Below, piece after piece: positions 45,918 to 55,332 of a stretch of DNA of 64,000 nt (positions are counted from its first letter, which is position 1; each line of letters begins with the position of its first letter). The stretch comes from a virus, in the IMG/VR virus record IMGVR_UViG_3300020442_000011, positions 32,001 to 96,000 of that record, one strand, 5' to 3'. The notes under the pieces were generated by a model. That model did no database searches. It was given only the letters and a program-made list of their open reading frames with translations, and was not told where the DNA came from. A program made the translations under genes and the position numbers.

Positions 45918-48809
45918 TTAGTTGTGGCGCAAAAACAAAATATCCAGATCGTCTTGAATGGTAATGTCCATATTAGGTAACGCTACGGCGCGCTTACCCA
46001 ACGTCAATCGAGACGATTGGTCTGTAACGCTAACGATCGTTGCATTGTTACCTGCAAGTCCTGTCATCTTAACAGCCGCCACATCGTTTCCAGCTTCCTC
46101 CCTAAGGCGTTTTGTGATAGAAGATGTATCTACCGTCTCTTCTTCCAACATCTCGCTTATAACACGGTGCGTCATCGTTGTGAGGGCACTACGAAGCTGC
46201 GTGTTAGAGTAAGAAGAGGGAGTCAGGTAATATTCAACACCAATAGACTGATTTAAGGGTAATGATTGACGTTCGTCTTGATTTACCTCTACCGTTGTAT
46301 CGCCGAACGTAATGGTGGGGTGTAAGTACAGTTCCGTCCGTTCCCGAAGGTTCTGTTGGAATACAGTAATGTCATCGATCAATAAATCACGAATGAAACG
46401 CCCAAGCTGTTCGCGATAATCAACCACTCGTTGGTCATCAGCGAACATATAAAGTCCATCGACCAAGAACAATGTGTACTCACGTTTTATCTTGCGTGTT
46501 TCTACCAAGATGGGATTTCCATTAACATCCAGTACCGGGTCTCCTTTTAAGTGCTCATAAACAGGGTTACCATTAGAATCTAATACAGGCTCTCCTCGTT
46601 CATGGATGATCCGGTAATCAATATTACCTTCCTCATCAATGTCGATAATGGGTGATCCGTCTTGGTCGCGTTCAATGATGGTGGATTCGTACACCTTCGG
46701 AACGTTATCTGTGTAGCGTTGGTAGTTCTGTTCTGAAGGAACTGTTCGTGAACGACGCCATAGATTGCTCAGAGAAGAACCGAACGTGATATTCAATCGT
46801 TCTCGACTGATTACCATCGCATCGACGTTTTCCGGTAACAGATGGGTACTCACCAACAGGTCAAGTTCACCGGGATCGTAGAATCGCATATCTTGATTCA
46901 ACGCGATGAACGTGATATCGAACATCCCATTGAGAGGTGTGAAGAACACACGTTGGTTGTCGTCGAACATACTGAAGTTTAACGTGCGGATGTTGTCTTC
47001 ACTATCGACATCAAAGTTTGTTTCGATACGGAACTCAACAACACGCTCCCCGTCGTCGTTTTGCACGACGGTTCCATTAACACTAGCGTAGGTTCTTTCA
47101 TTCTGTGGAATGTAACCCAACTGAACAATAATGTTTTCAGAGTCGATCTCTTTAATTCGTTCTCCGCTGCCTGTACTGATTAGTAGGCGGTAACCATAAT
47201 CTGTAGCTTCTATCTGATAGCCGTTAATACCGATTTGCATTTCTGTGGTCGGGTTAGCATCCACAAAAATTTGACTATCCACAGACGGCTGTGTTAGGAG
47301 ATAAGGGCGTACATCAAATTGATTACGGGTACCGTCAAGAACATAATGGAAAGGTGAATACATCAGGCGTGATTGATTCAAGCGTGTGATGCGTGCTTCC
47401 ACCGACAATGACATTAGTTCATTGTACGCGTTATCTGACAAGCGAACTACTTTTCCATCACTGTACTCATACAGAGAAGATGGTAAAATAGTGATGCGTT
47501 CTCCATTGTCAACGATGTTCGATGAACTACCTAGTTCAGAAAGAGTGTTCTGTAAAACACCCATGAACACGCCCGCCGCACTATTAAGCTGCGGAATGGA
47601 AGACGTCGGTAATGAGCGAATAGCAATGAATTGGCGATCAGTAGTGTTATCCACTAAGTTAACAAGACGGTAGCCACGACGAGATAAAGAAGCATCCAAC
47701 TGAGAATAGGTGATGGGGTCTTCATCAGTGGCTAGCGTATTATAAATCACCTGGTTCCTTAATTGATCAAACGTTAGAGCAGGTGTGCCACCAGTGACCC
47801 GTTTACGACTAATCGATTGAAGCTCATTGAACGTACGTAGAGGTGCAGTATACCGCTGTTCATCGTCGATGGAATTAAACACCGTTTCAAAGTTCGTCGG
47901 GTCAAAACTCGAGAGGTCGACATCAATTTCCCCTTTTGTGGTGTAAATATCAACACGTACTTCCCCAGATACCATTCCCTGTGTGAAATAGACAGGGGGT
48001 ATCTCCACATGAAGTTGATGATCCTGAACAGTTAGAACAGCAGTCAGCGTCCGGTGGTCGTAAACCTGGTCGCTATGTGTGGTAACCAACTCTTGCCAGT
48101 TTCCATTACGATTTAAGAAAACACGAGCAAAGAAGAAATTATCATCGAACGAATATTTAGCATTAAATCCAGCTGCCGCATTAATGGTAAAATTCTTCGT
48201 TGTTAATTTCATTTGAAGAACTGGAATCTCCATCATGATGTATTGACGTTGATTACCTGTAACAATATCCCATTTCACCATATTCGACGTCAGCGTTGTA
48301 ATAGGTGACGGAGAATCATTATTATACGTTATCTGTAAACCACCATGTGGCATCAGTTCGATATAAATAGGATACTGCATCGTAAAGGTGTACGTCCCCA
48401 CAGTAACCGATGTTAAGCGTGGAATGACCAAACGCTTAATGCGTGTTCCTGGAACCTCAACAACTTTACTCAATACCTCGTCTTTAGACATGATAATTTG
48501 GATCGACGTTGATGCTGGTTGACTAAAACGTCCCAGATAATCGCGATCGCTCATGTGACGGTAAAGGTCACCCTCAGACTTAGCCATGCGAGCATAAACC
48601 TTCTGAAGGATTGCTTGGTTTTCATCCAAACCAACACATGTTAATAGCGTGCTGTTTTCCAATGCCCAGGGAAAAGGTGCGGATGCTGTGGGTACATCGT
48701 ACTGACCATCGCGCTTCTGTAATTGTTGTTCGAGTTCGTTATAAACAACATCGAGCATCAATGCGGGATTATTCAATACGTCTCGCAGTCGGTTGATATA
48801 GGTACTCAT
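45918..48809 (-). CDS. large virion structural protein, probable baseplate wedge (phiKZ gp87-like)
   Basis: 963 aa; VTGGTPALTFDQLRNQVI...PITYSQL resembles the baseplate-J/gp6 GG..E...LR...VT..DY motif. Confidence 0.65.
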   Translation of the reverse strand: MSTYINRLRDVLNNPALMLDVVYNELEQQLQKRDGQYDVPTASAPFPWALENSTLLTCVGLDENQAILQKVYARMAKSEGDLYRHMSDRDYLGRFSQPASTSIQIIMSKDEVLSKVVEVPGTRIKRLVIPRLTSVTVGTYTFTMQYPIYIELMPHGGLQITYNNDSPSPITTLTSNMVKWDIVTGNQRQYIMMEIPVLQMKLTTKNFTINAAAGFNAKYSFDDNFFFARVFLNRNGNWQELVTTHSDQVYDHRTLTAVLTVQDHQLHVEIPPVYFTQGMVSGEVRVDIYTTKGEIDVDLSSFDPTNFETVFNSIDDEQRYTAPLRTFNELQSISRKRVTGGTPALTFDQLRNQVIYNTLATDEDPITYSQLDASLSRRGYRLVNLVDNTTDRQFIAIRSLPTSSIPQLNSAAGVFMGVLQNTLSELGSSSNIVDNGERITILPSSLYEYSDGKVVRLSDNAYNELMSLSVEARITRLNQSRLMYSPFHYVLDGTRNQFDVRPYLLTQPSVDSQIFVDANPTTEMQIGINGYQIEATDYGYRLLISTGSGERIKEIDSENIIVQLGYIPQNERTYASVNGTVVQNDDGERVVEFRIETNFDVDSEDNIRTLNFSMFDDNQRVFFTPLNGMFDITFIALNQDMRFYDPGELDLLVSTHLLPENVDAMVISRERLNITFGSSLSNLWRRSRTVPSEQNYQRYTDNVPKVYESTIIERDQDGSPIIDIDEEGNIDYRIIHERGEPVLDSNGNPVYEHLKGDPVLDVNGNPILVETRKIKREYTLFLVDGLYMFADDQRVVDYREQLGRFIRDLLIDDITVFQQNLRERTELYLHPTITFGDTTVEVNQDERQSLPLNQSIGVEYYLTPSSYSNTQLRSALTTMTHRVISEMLEEETVDTSSITKRLREEAGNDVAAVKMTGLAGNNATIVSVTDQSSRLTLGKRAVALPNMDITIQDDLDILFLRHN

Positions 48810-48818
48810 GGATCTTCC

Positions 48819-49883
48819 TTATTGATTCAAATTAAATACGTCACGATAAAGGTCTTTGCTTACCCACCATTCCAGTTCCAATGTTAACGGATTGATGCGG
48901 GGATAAGTGCGGTGTTCAAAGAAAGGTTTCTCGTTATCGCGAAGCTTATAATAAACGTTTGTTCTAAAACCATCTTCCATATTTCGATTAAACGTGGTGA
49001 CGGTTTTATTGAATTCATGTACTAAGATATTGTCGTAGTACGTAAATCCTAACGAACGGAAGTTAATGGATATCTGATCGTTAGCGGTGGTAAAGGGTGA
49101 TTGGGACCCATCACCTTCGAAATTAAAGATGTTACCGATAGGCGAAGTAATTGGCCATGAAACACCCGTGGCACCCATACGTGTCACATATTTTCGAGTA
49201 CTATCCATAACCAGACGATAGATGCGTGTTTGGTAATCGATCTCATTCGCTGTAATGACCTCGGGGTGCGGCCATAACTTACCCTCATAAACAAGACCTT
49301 GATACCAGCCCCAAATGAGCATCATGAATGATATAGGGTCTCCCTCAAGGTTACGGAAGTTAGCGGTGAGGTCATATGAACCGTAGTTGTATGGAATGTC
49401 GTCTGTATAGCCATATACCTCACGATACAAACCGGGAGATTGCATGTTTGTATTCAAGGTAAAATCTTGAAAACCCGATAGGCTAATGAGGTTATTGGAC
49501 AGTAAAGGAATGAACGCATTAAGTTGATCTACACCCGTCACGCTAACTCGTTCATTTTTTTCTAGCCAGGGATCAAATGTTACACGCATCATTCGTGCAA
49601 GTGAATTTGTCCGCTCATTAACCATATTACTCATCACACGGTCAACAATTAGGTTATTGTATGACATATTCATCAACGGACGAGTAAAGAATGTATAGCC
49701 GTGGTTTTCGGTATTTAATGCAATACCGGCATTCCGGCCAGACATGTTAAGACCGTAAAAGGAGTTACTGATCGTCTGGTCGACGTCGGATCGACCCACA
49801 CGACGATATATCTCTGAAAGACTCCTTTGGTACGCTTGACGATTCTCGTCAATGATAATTTCAGGTCGGATGTTACCAGTCAT
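48819..49883 (-). CDS. virion structural protein (gp88-like; possible tube-initiator fold)
   Basis: GYTFFTRP, IPLLSNNLISLSG and DYQTRIYRLVMD blocks; ATG 49883 with GGAG SD. Confidence 0.65.
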   Translation of the reverse strand: MTGNIRPEIIIDENRQAYQRSLSEIYRRVGRSDVDQTISNSFYGLNMSGRNAGIALNTENHGYTFFTRPLMNMSYNNLIVDRVMSNMVNERTNSLARMMRVTFDPWLEKNERVSVTGVDQLNAFIPLLSNNLISLSGFQDFTLNTNMQSPGLYREVYGYTDDIPYNYGSYDLTANFRNLEGDPISFMMLIWGWYQGLVYEGKLWPHPEVITANEIDYQTRIYRLVMDSTRKYVTRMGATGVSWPITSPIGNIFNFEGDGSQSPFTTANDQISINFRSLGFTYYDNILVHEFNKTVTTFNRNMEDGFRTNVYYKLRDNEKPFFEHRTYPRINPLTLELEWWVSKDLYRDVFNLNQ

Positions 49884-49921
49884 CGGGGTGACTCCATTTC
49901 TCATTAAGAAGGTGCAAAAAG

Positions 49922-51145
49922 ATGATCGATCCTATTTCTATTCCAGCAGCCCTTGCTGTCGCTAAGGGTCTAGGGGCAGCAGCTGGACGTAAGGCCATTA
50001 TTGACGGTGGTTCTGATTTTGCTCTGCGTACAGCAGGGGGTCTTCTCACCAAAGCAACTCGAATGCTACAAGAAGGCCAGTCTATTCGTTCGTTGGCTGA
50101 TTACAGTCGTCCCGCCCGTGTTGAGCCTCTCGTTATTGTGGAAGAAAGTCTTCAGGATATCCCAGCGATGGCAGATGTCATGAAGAGTGTCTCTTCTATC
50201 TTCATTGGTTACTACCTTCAAGCCGCTGTGTTCACGGGTACTAAAATCGGCAGTATTGATCCACTGAAGGTTTTTGACCGATTAAACCCAGACCGTTCAC
50301 GTACGTTGGTTCAACGTGGTGGTGAAGTCGTCTTTTCTAAAGAGTCTTATGACGAAGGGCTACCTTCGTTCGAACAATACAGTCAGCCAGAACCTACCGG
50401 TAATCTGATTGTCTCTATCGAAAAAGCAAAAGATAAAGACGACGTCAAACCTGATGGTGTTGCTGGACACCACGCCAGTGTTGACAGCGCAGAAAAGATT
50501 TTTGAAGCCAACAGCCTCGTGGTGGGTAAACTGATCCAAGTGGAACTTCAAGAAGGTGAACATAAGGGTAAATTCCCTATTATGGTCCGCCTTGCCCCCG
50601 CCGCAGTTAAGACGGGTGTTATCACTCATATCTTTACGGCCGCATCAAAAGGTACTTCGATCAAAGAGCAATACCACATGTGGCGCGCCGGTCAGATTTC
50701 ATTCTGGCGTGATTTGGTATTCCAGACCAACCTTATTGACCAACACCGCAAGGCATTGGTTAATGACACGTCGAATATTTACCAGACGATCACTGACCGT
50801 CGTCGTGAGAATACCATGTCAGCCGCGTCTACCAAACAACCAAGCATGGCCGACGCGTCTAATATTCTGGTTGTCTCAAAAGATACGGCCCGTGAGATCG
50901 GTCGTCAGTTATACGGTAAGGTTGAAAACCTTAACACACGCCGTAAATTGTTCGACAGTACCTACCTTCTTTTATTCGTCGTGGTCGATGAACTTCACGA
51001 GCGTGTGACCATTTACCATCGTGGTTACGATAAACCTACCACCGCAAGCTTCAACGACATTAAGTCGTCTGAGAAAGGTAAGGGTCCAGACTTTACCGAA
51101 ATCCTTAAGGCGTACGTGGCGGGTGCTACCCCCAACATGATTTGA
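49922..51145 (+). CDS. internal head protein (gp89-like)
   Basis: SLADYSRPARVEP, GKLIQVEL and KGPDFTEIL blocks; divergent from the gp88-like gene. Confidence 0.65.
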   Translation: MIDPISIPAALAVAKGLGAAAGRKAIIDGGSDFALRTAGGLLTKATRMLQEGQSIRSLADYSRPARVEPLVIVEESLQDIPAMADVMKSVSSIFIGYYLQAAVFTGTKIGSIDPLKVFDRLNPDRSRTLVQRGGEVVFSKESYDEGLPSFEQYSQPEPTGNLIVSIEKAKDKDDVKPDGVAGHHASVDSAEKIFEANSLVVGKLIQVELQEGEHKGKFPIMVRLAPAAVKTGVITHIFTAASKGTSIKEQYHMWRAGQISFWRDLVFQTNLIDQHRKALVNDTSNIYQTITDRRRENTMSAASTKQPSMADASNILVVSKDTAREIGRQLYGKVENLNTRRKLFDSTYLLLFVVVDELHERVTIYHRGYDKPTTASFNDIKSSEKGKGPDFTEILKAYVAGATPNMI

Positions 51146-51160
51146 TCCAGGGAGATATCA

Positions 51161-52072
51161 ATGGAAATCCAGAAATACGTAAAATCACTTATCCCTGCGA
51201 TTGAGCGTAAGGAAGTGGTTAACGCGATCACCTCGCTAAAAGAAGAATTAAATACGACGGTTATCCCTATCTGCGATGACATCAACGAAAGCTTTAAAGA
51301 TCATACATTCAAAGGAAAGATGGAGAAGAAGCTTTCACGTGATCTTCGTCAAGTCGCTACCTTTACAGCACCATCTGCTGTGTTCGTTGTCAACGACGTG
51401 GTTAAAGGTCTCCCGGCTCTCCTGAATGTCATGGAACAGCACGCAAAACGTCTATTCTCTTTTCAGTTCTCGACGTTTAACATTTCGTTTGACCGTGCCA
51501 ATTTCTTGCAGTTGTTGGATGCTATTACTTTCTACATCCATTATCATCGTCGGTTCATGTTGGAGCTGGTGCAAGAAGAAAACATTGCCATGGGTAAAGG
51601 CAAACCAGTAAAATGGTCAAAAGGTTTCAAGCTTTTTGTAGAACAAGGCTTTAAAAGCTACCTTGAACTTACTCGCGCATTCTTCGTGACGCCAACTGAA
51701 TTCGAAACCCGTCTGAAAACAGTGAGTAACGCTGAAATCTCAGAAGATACATTTGAGATGGCACGTAAGACACTGGGGGTATTGAAAACAGATCCCTTCC
51801 AACTGGAACGTGGGTTTGTTGCGACGACCTACCGTCCTATCAACCCTCTGTTCAGCTTAGGTAAACGCCGTGCTGAACTTCAGGTGAAACGCTACCGTTT
51901 AGGAAAGGAAGAACTTGCAGGTTTGCAGTTACGCCTTCAGGAATATCGGGAATTACGTGATGGAAGTAACGCCGATCCTAAACTCCAGAAGTTGATCGAG
52001 TATACGGAATCACGTGTTGAAAACCTCAACTATGAGTTGGTCCAATTCGAAGAAGAAAATCGACTCGACTAA
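51161..52072 (+). CDS. internal head protein (gp90-like)
   Basis: GGAG SD; C-terminal coiled coil after an NPLF motif; synteny. Confidence 0.65.
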   Translation: MEIQKYVKSLIPAIERKEVVNAITSLKEELNTTVIPICDDINESFKDHTFKGKMEKKLSRDLRQVATFTAPSAVFVVNDVVKGLPALLNVMEQHAKRLFSFQFSTFNISFDRANFLQLLDAITFYIHYHRRFMLELVQEENIAMGKGKPVKWSKGFKLFVEQGFKSYLELTRAFFVTPTEFETRLKTVSNAEISEDTFEMARKTLGVLKTDPFQLERGFVATTYRPINPLFSLGKRRAELQVKRYRLGKEELAGLQLRLQEYRELRDGSNADPKLQKLIEYTESRVENLNYELVQFEEENRLD

Positions 52073-52089
52073 TTAATGGAGACATCAAC

Positions 52090-52632
52090 ATGATGTTGAA
52101 TATCCTTGGTGGGTCGGTGGATAAGTATTCAGGTGGGATGAGTAAAACTGATTTTTCATCCAAAACCATCCCCGGTGACCCCGAAGTATCTCAGCTCTGG
52201 TCTGAGTATGTTAACCCGAATATCCCGACGTACGATTGGGTGTTTCGTAAACGTGTGTTGTCGGTAGCTATGCGATTGTTCCAAGACCATGACTGGTTTC
52301 GCGACCAAGAGCGTAATGCCAACCTTCATGGTTACAACTACGGCTTCGTAGTCGACACGATGCGTTTTATTGCGACAGGTAAGCGTAAGATGTCACTGTC
52401 TATCTGGAGTGAACTCGTTACACACGAACACACCCAGAAGAAAGATGTTAGCAAACGACACGAGATCATTGATCTTCTCAAAGCGCATTCGTTATTCTTG
52501 GCAACTCCGCCAGTTGGTATGCTTCAGAAATGGTGTTCTCATCCGGAAGGAATTGATGATCTTCTATGGTCGCTCAATATCCTCTTTGGTGATTTGAGCA
52601 TCTCCCATAACACAGTAAGCGAAGTTCGATAG
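52090..52632 (+). CDS. conserved protein (gp91-like)
   Basis: GGAG SD; WCSHPEGIDDLL motif. Confidence 0.65.
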   Translation: MMLNILGGSVDKYSGGMSKTDFSSKTIPGDPEVSQLWSEYVNPNIPTYDWVFRKRVLSVAMRLFQDHDWFRDQERNANLHGYNYGFVVDTMRFIATGKRKMSLSIWSELVTHEHTQKKDVSKRHEIIDLLKAHSLFLATPPVGMLQKWCSHPEGIDDLLWSLNILFGDLSISHNTVSEVR

Positions 52633-52704
52633 TAACTAATGATTATGTAGCTACTACTTACTTAATTGTCTGTAATACTTCCATTTTGCAAAAAGGAAAT
52701 AACG

Positions 52705-54066
52705 ATGTCTTTAATCCATTCGTTCGTTAGTCAGAACACCGCACTTGTATCCAGTGTTGGCCTTGAAGAATTCACTGACGGTGAAAAGAAACTGGATGTT
52801 TATGTTTCTTCTGAACCCAGTGTCGACGAAGTTGTTGGCGAAGTAGCCAAATGTCACCTGGAACAGACCGAAATTGCACGCGATGGCGAGCATGTTCGTG
52901 AAGGTATCGCCGCCATGGAACAGTACGCGGCGCTCCTGGATCGCGGTATTGAAAACGGTGGTCTACCCACCGAAGCCATCCTCGGTATGTCAGTAGGTAT
53001 TGAAGGTTACCAACGTCTCTTGGAAGGCGAGAACGCTGAACCTATTATTCCATCTCTTGAAGCCTTCGGTGGTAGCGGCTCCAAGCTTGAAGGTGCCAAG
53101 GACCTCGCTAAGAAAATCTGGGAATGGTTGAAGAAGGCGTGGGACGTCTCCGGACGTATCCTGAAACAGCTGATCAACAAGTTCAAAGACATGACAGTGC
53201 GTTCTCAAGTCGCCATCCGTAAAATGGCAACTCGTGCAGGTGAACTGAGTGCAAAAGCGTCTAGCCTTGCTGCTTCAGGTGCCACCTTGTCAGACGACAA
53301 GAAAACCCTGAAAGTGAATAATGCCAGTAAGCTGATGGTAGCCAACACTTTCAAAGGGTCCGATTTCGATCTGACTACCGATATCGTCAAAGCACTCTGT
53401 GTCCAGATTCCTGTTAATTTGACTGACTTCGTTATTAACGTCACCAAGGCGGTTAACGGCTATAAGCCGGGTGATGACTCACTACCGGATGTGGACTTCG
53501 GTAACGCGTTCTCTAAAGCGTTCAGCGAGAACGTTAAAGGCGACTCGCGTTTTAACGACAAGAAAGTTATCGTTAAACGTACGTTCGTATTCCCTGGTAA
53601 CCAGGCAGCCTATGTTACATATCCGAATGCGGCAGAAGGTGATAAGATGTTGAGTGGTCAGAAACTCAATATCTTGAATGTTCCGGGTTCTAAAACAGAA
53701 AACGGTAGTGAACAGGAAATCACAGTCCGTACTCCGGGCGAACTGAAGACTGACGCTGAACGTATCGGTAAGATCCTGAAGATCGCATTGCGTAACGCTA
53801 CAGTGCTTGATGTTCTGGCTAATCGTTACAAAGACCTGGATGAAGCTGGTGCGAAAATCAAAACCAATTTGAAAGATAAAGAATTGGATGAAGGCGATCG
53901 CGCTAACCTGAAAGAACTCCAAGGTCTGGTAGATGCAGCCACTGCCATGAACAGCGGTGTAAGTGGTGGTATGTCTTACGTACTGAACCTGATCAACGCA
54001 CAGCTGTCGTTGGTTGAGAAACAGCTGGCGCAGTACGGTGCAAAAGAAGAGAAAGAAGATAAGTAA
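52705..54066 (+). CDS. inner-body/head protein paralog (gp93-family-like)
   Basis: AAGGA SD; propeptide with GLE/AME/GIE/SLE sites, KIWEWLKK helix, FPGNQAAY. Confidence 0.75.
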   Translation: MSLIHSFVSQNTALVSSVGLEEFTDGEKKLDVYVSSEPSVDEVVGEVAKCHLEQTEIARDGEHVREGIAAMEQYAALLDRGIENGGLPTEAILGMSVGIEGYQRLLEGENAEPIIPSLEAFGGSGSKLEGAKDLAKKIWEWLKKAWDVSGRILKQLINKFKDMTVRSQVAIRKMATRAGELSAKASSLAASGATLSDDKKTLKVNNASKLMVANTFKGSDFDLTTDIVKALCVQIPVNLTDFVINVTKAVNGYKPGDDSLPDVDFGNAFSKAFSENVKGDSRFNDKKVIVKRTFVFPGNQAAYVTYPNAAEGDKMLSGQKLNILNVPGSKTENGSEQEITVRTPGELKTDAERIGKILKIALRNATVLDVLANRYKDLDEAGAKIKTNLKDKELDEGDRANLKELQGLVDAATAMNSGVSGGMSYVLNLINAQLSLVEKQLAQYGAKEEKEDK

Positions 54067-54079
54067 TCTTCTAACCACT

Positions 54080-54105
54080 AAAGGAGTCCTCCGGGACTCC
54101 TTTTT
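54080..54105 (+). terminator. intrinsic terminator
   Basis: AAGGAGTCC-tccg-GGACTCCTT followed by a T-run. Confidence 0.8.
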
Positions 54106-54121
54106 ATTAAGTGAGGTCGTT

Positions 54122-55303
54122 ATGGCAATGCTCGATAAGTACGGCGACGACACACGTTTGGAGATGACCACCCCACCGTTGTCGTTGGACGATGAAATAA
54201 AACTTTCTAAAGAGTCGTATAGTCGCATCATTGAGGATATCAAAATCCATCTTGAGATGACCGAGACTCAGGCGAAAGTTGCGTTTGAACAAATGAACGA
54301 TGGTGTTGACCCATCACTTGAGTCGTTTCCTAAACTCCCGATGTTTGATGAAGACCTTATCCCTACGATCGGGAATGAGGATTTCAAACAACGTATGATG
54401 GATATCCTTGATGCGTTTATTACCTGGATCAAACGTATTGGTAAATGGCTCAACGACGTCCTGGATGCTCAATCCATCAAGTTGTTTTGGTTGCGAGAAC
54501 AAGTCAAGCAACTTAAGTTCGATCTTCTGCAAAAACCACAGAAGATCACGAAGGATTTTGTGTTCAAAGGCGATGTAGCGTACATCAGTATTCGTTACGA
54601 ACCGGTGAAATCAATTAGTGATATCACAGCAGGTCTGTCATCACTTAAAGACCACTTGACTGTTTATTACGATTACGTTAAAACAGTCTCTGCAAATATT
54701 AATACCCTATTGGCATCTGTAACAGGGAATAGTCATTATTCAAGTGACCTTACCCAGCTTCTTGAAGATATGTCCCCGCTAAAGTTAAAAAGCAAGTTGG
54801 CATTCACCGAAGCAAAAGATGTCAACTATGCTAGTGAGTCTAAGCAGTTATTGGGTAATTTACGTATCTTGATTCATCAACCAAAGAATGTTTCGAGATT
54901 GTCCGATATTAATGCTATAGGCATCTCGTTGTCACGAGCACGTACTTCGTCAGGCACGGTACCTAACTCCGTTACATTTAAACGCTCAGATCGTCAGACG
55001 GTTAGTCGTTGCATTGCCCAAATGGAAAATGTCATCGATACGTTGTTGAGTGCGTTCAAAGGTGACACGCGTAAGAAGTATGATATGGCTATCAAGGATT
55101 TAAATTCCGAGATACAGAAGCTTAAATCCGACATCCGCAGGACTGGTGAGTTCGAAGGTGGGGAATTAAGTCAGAAACTTGCGGTGTTACGTACTGTCGT
55201 CGAATGGGTTACTAAACCGTATCAATCTCTTGCAACGAACAGTATCCGTATTACACGTACTGCCTACTTTGTTTGTCGACAAAACCAAAGTGCGTCAAAT
55301 TAA
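54122..55303 (+). CDS. head protein paralog
   Basis: GAGG SD; SKE/SLE/GNE sites, FITWIKRIGKW helix, LLGNLRI. Confidence 0.7.
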   Translation: MAMLDKYGDDTRLEMTTPPLSLDDEIKLSKESYSRIIEDIKIHLEMTETQAKVAFEQMNDGVDPSLESFPKLPMFDEDLIPTIGNEDFKQRMMDILDAFITWIKRIGKWLNDVLDAQSIKLFWLREQVKQLKFDLLQKPQKITKDFVFKGDVAYISIRYEPVKSISDITAGLSSLKDHLTVYYDYVKTVSANINTLLASVTGNSHYSSDLTQLLEDMSPLKLKSKLAFTEAKDVNYASESKQLLGNLRILIHQPKNVSRLSDINAIGISLSRARTSSGTVPNSVTFKRSDRQTVSRCIAQMENVIDTLLSAFKGDTRKKYDMAIKDLNSEIQKLKSDIRRTGEFEGGELSQKLAVLRTVVEWVTKPYQSLATNSIRITRTAYFVCRQNQSASN

Positions 55304-55332
55304 CGCACATTCTTCTTAAGGAAATAAAACTC

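Noticed and set aside
53482-54243. Long antisense ORFs (also 14061..14654, 8461..8997, 39009..39533, 41083..41637, 56382..56858)
   Set aside because: They are shadows of well-supported genes on the opposite strand, with no SD or recognisable motifs.
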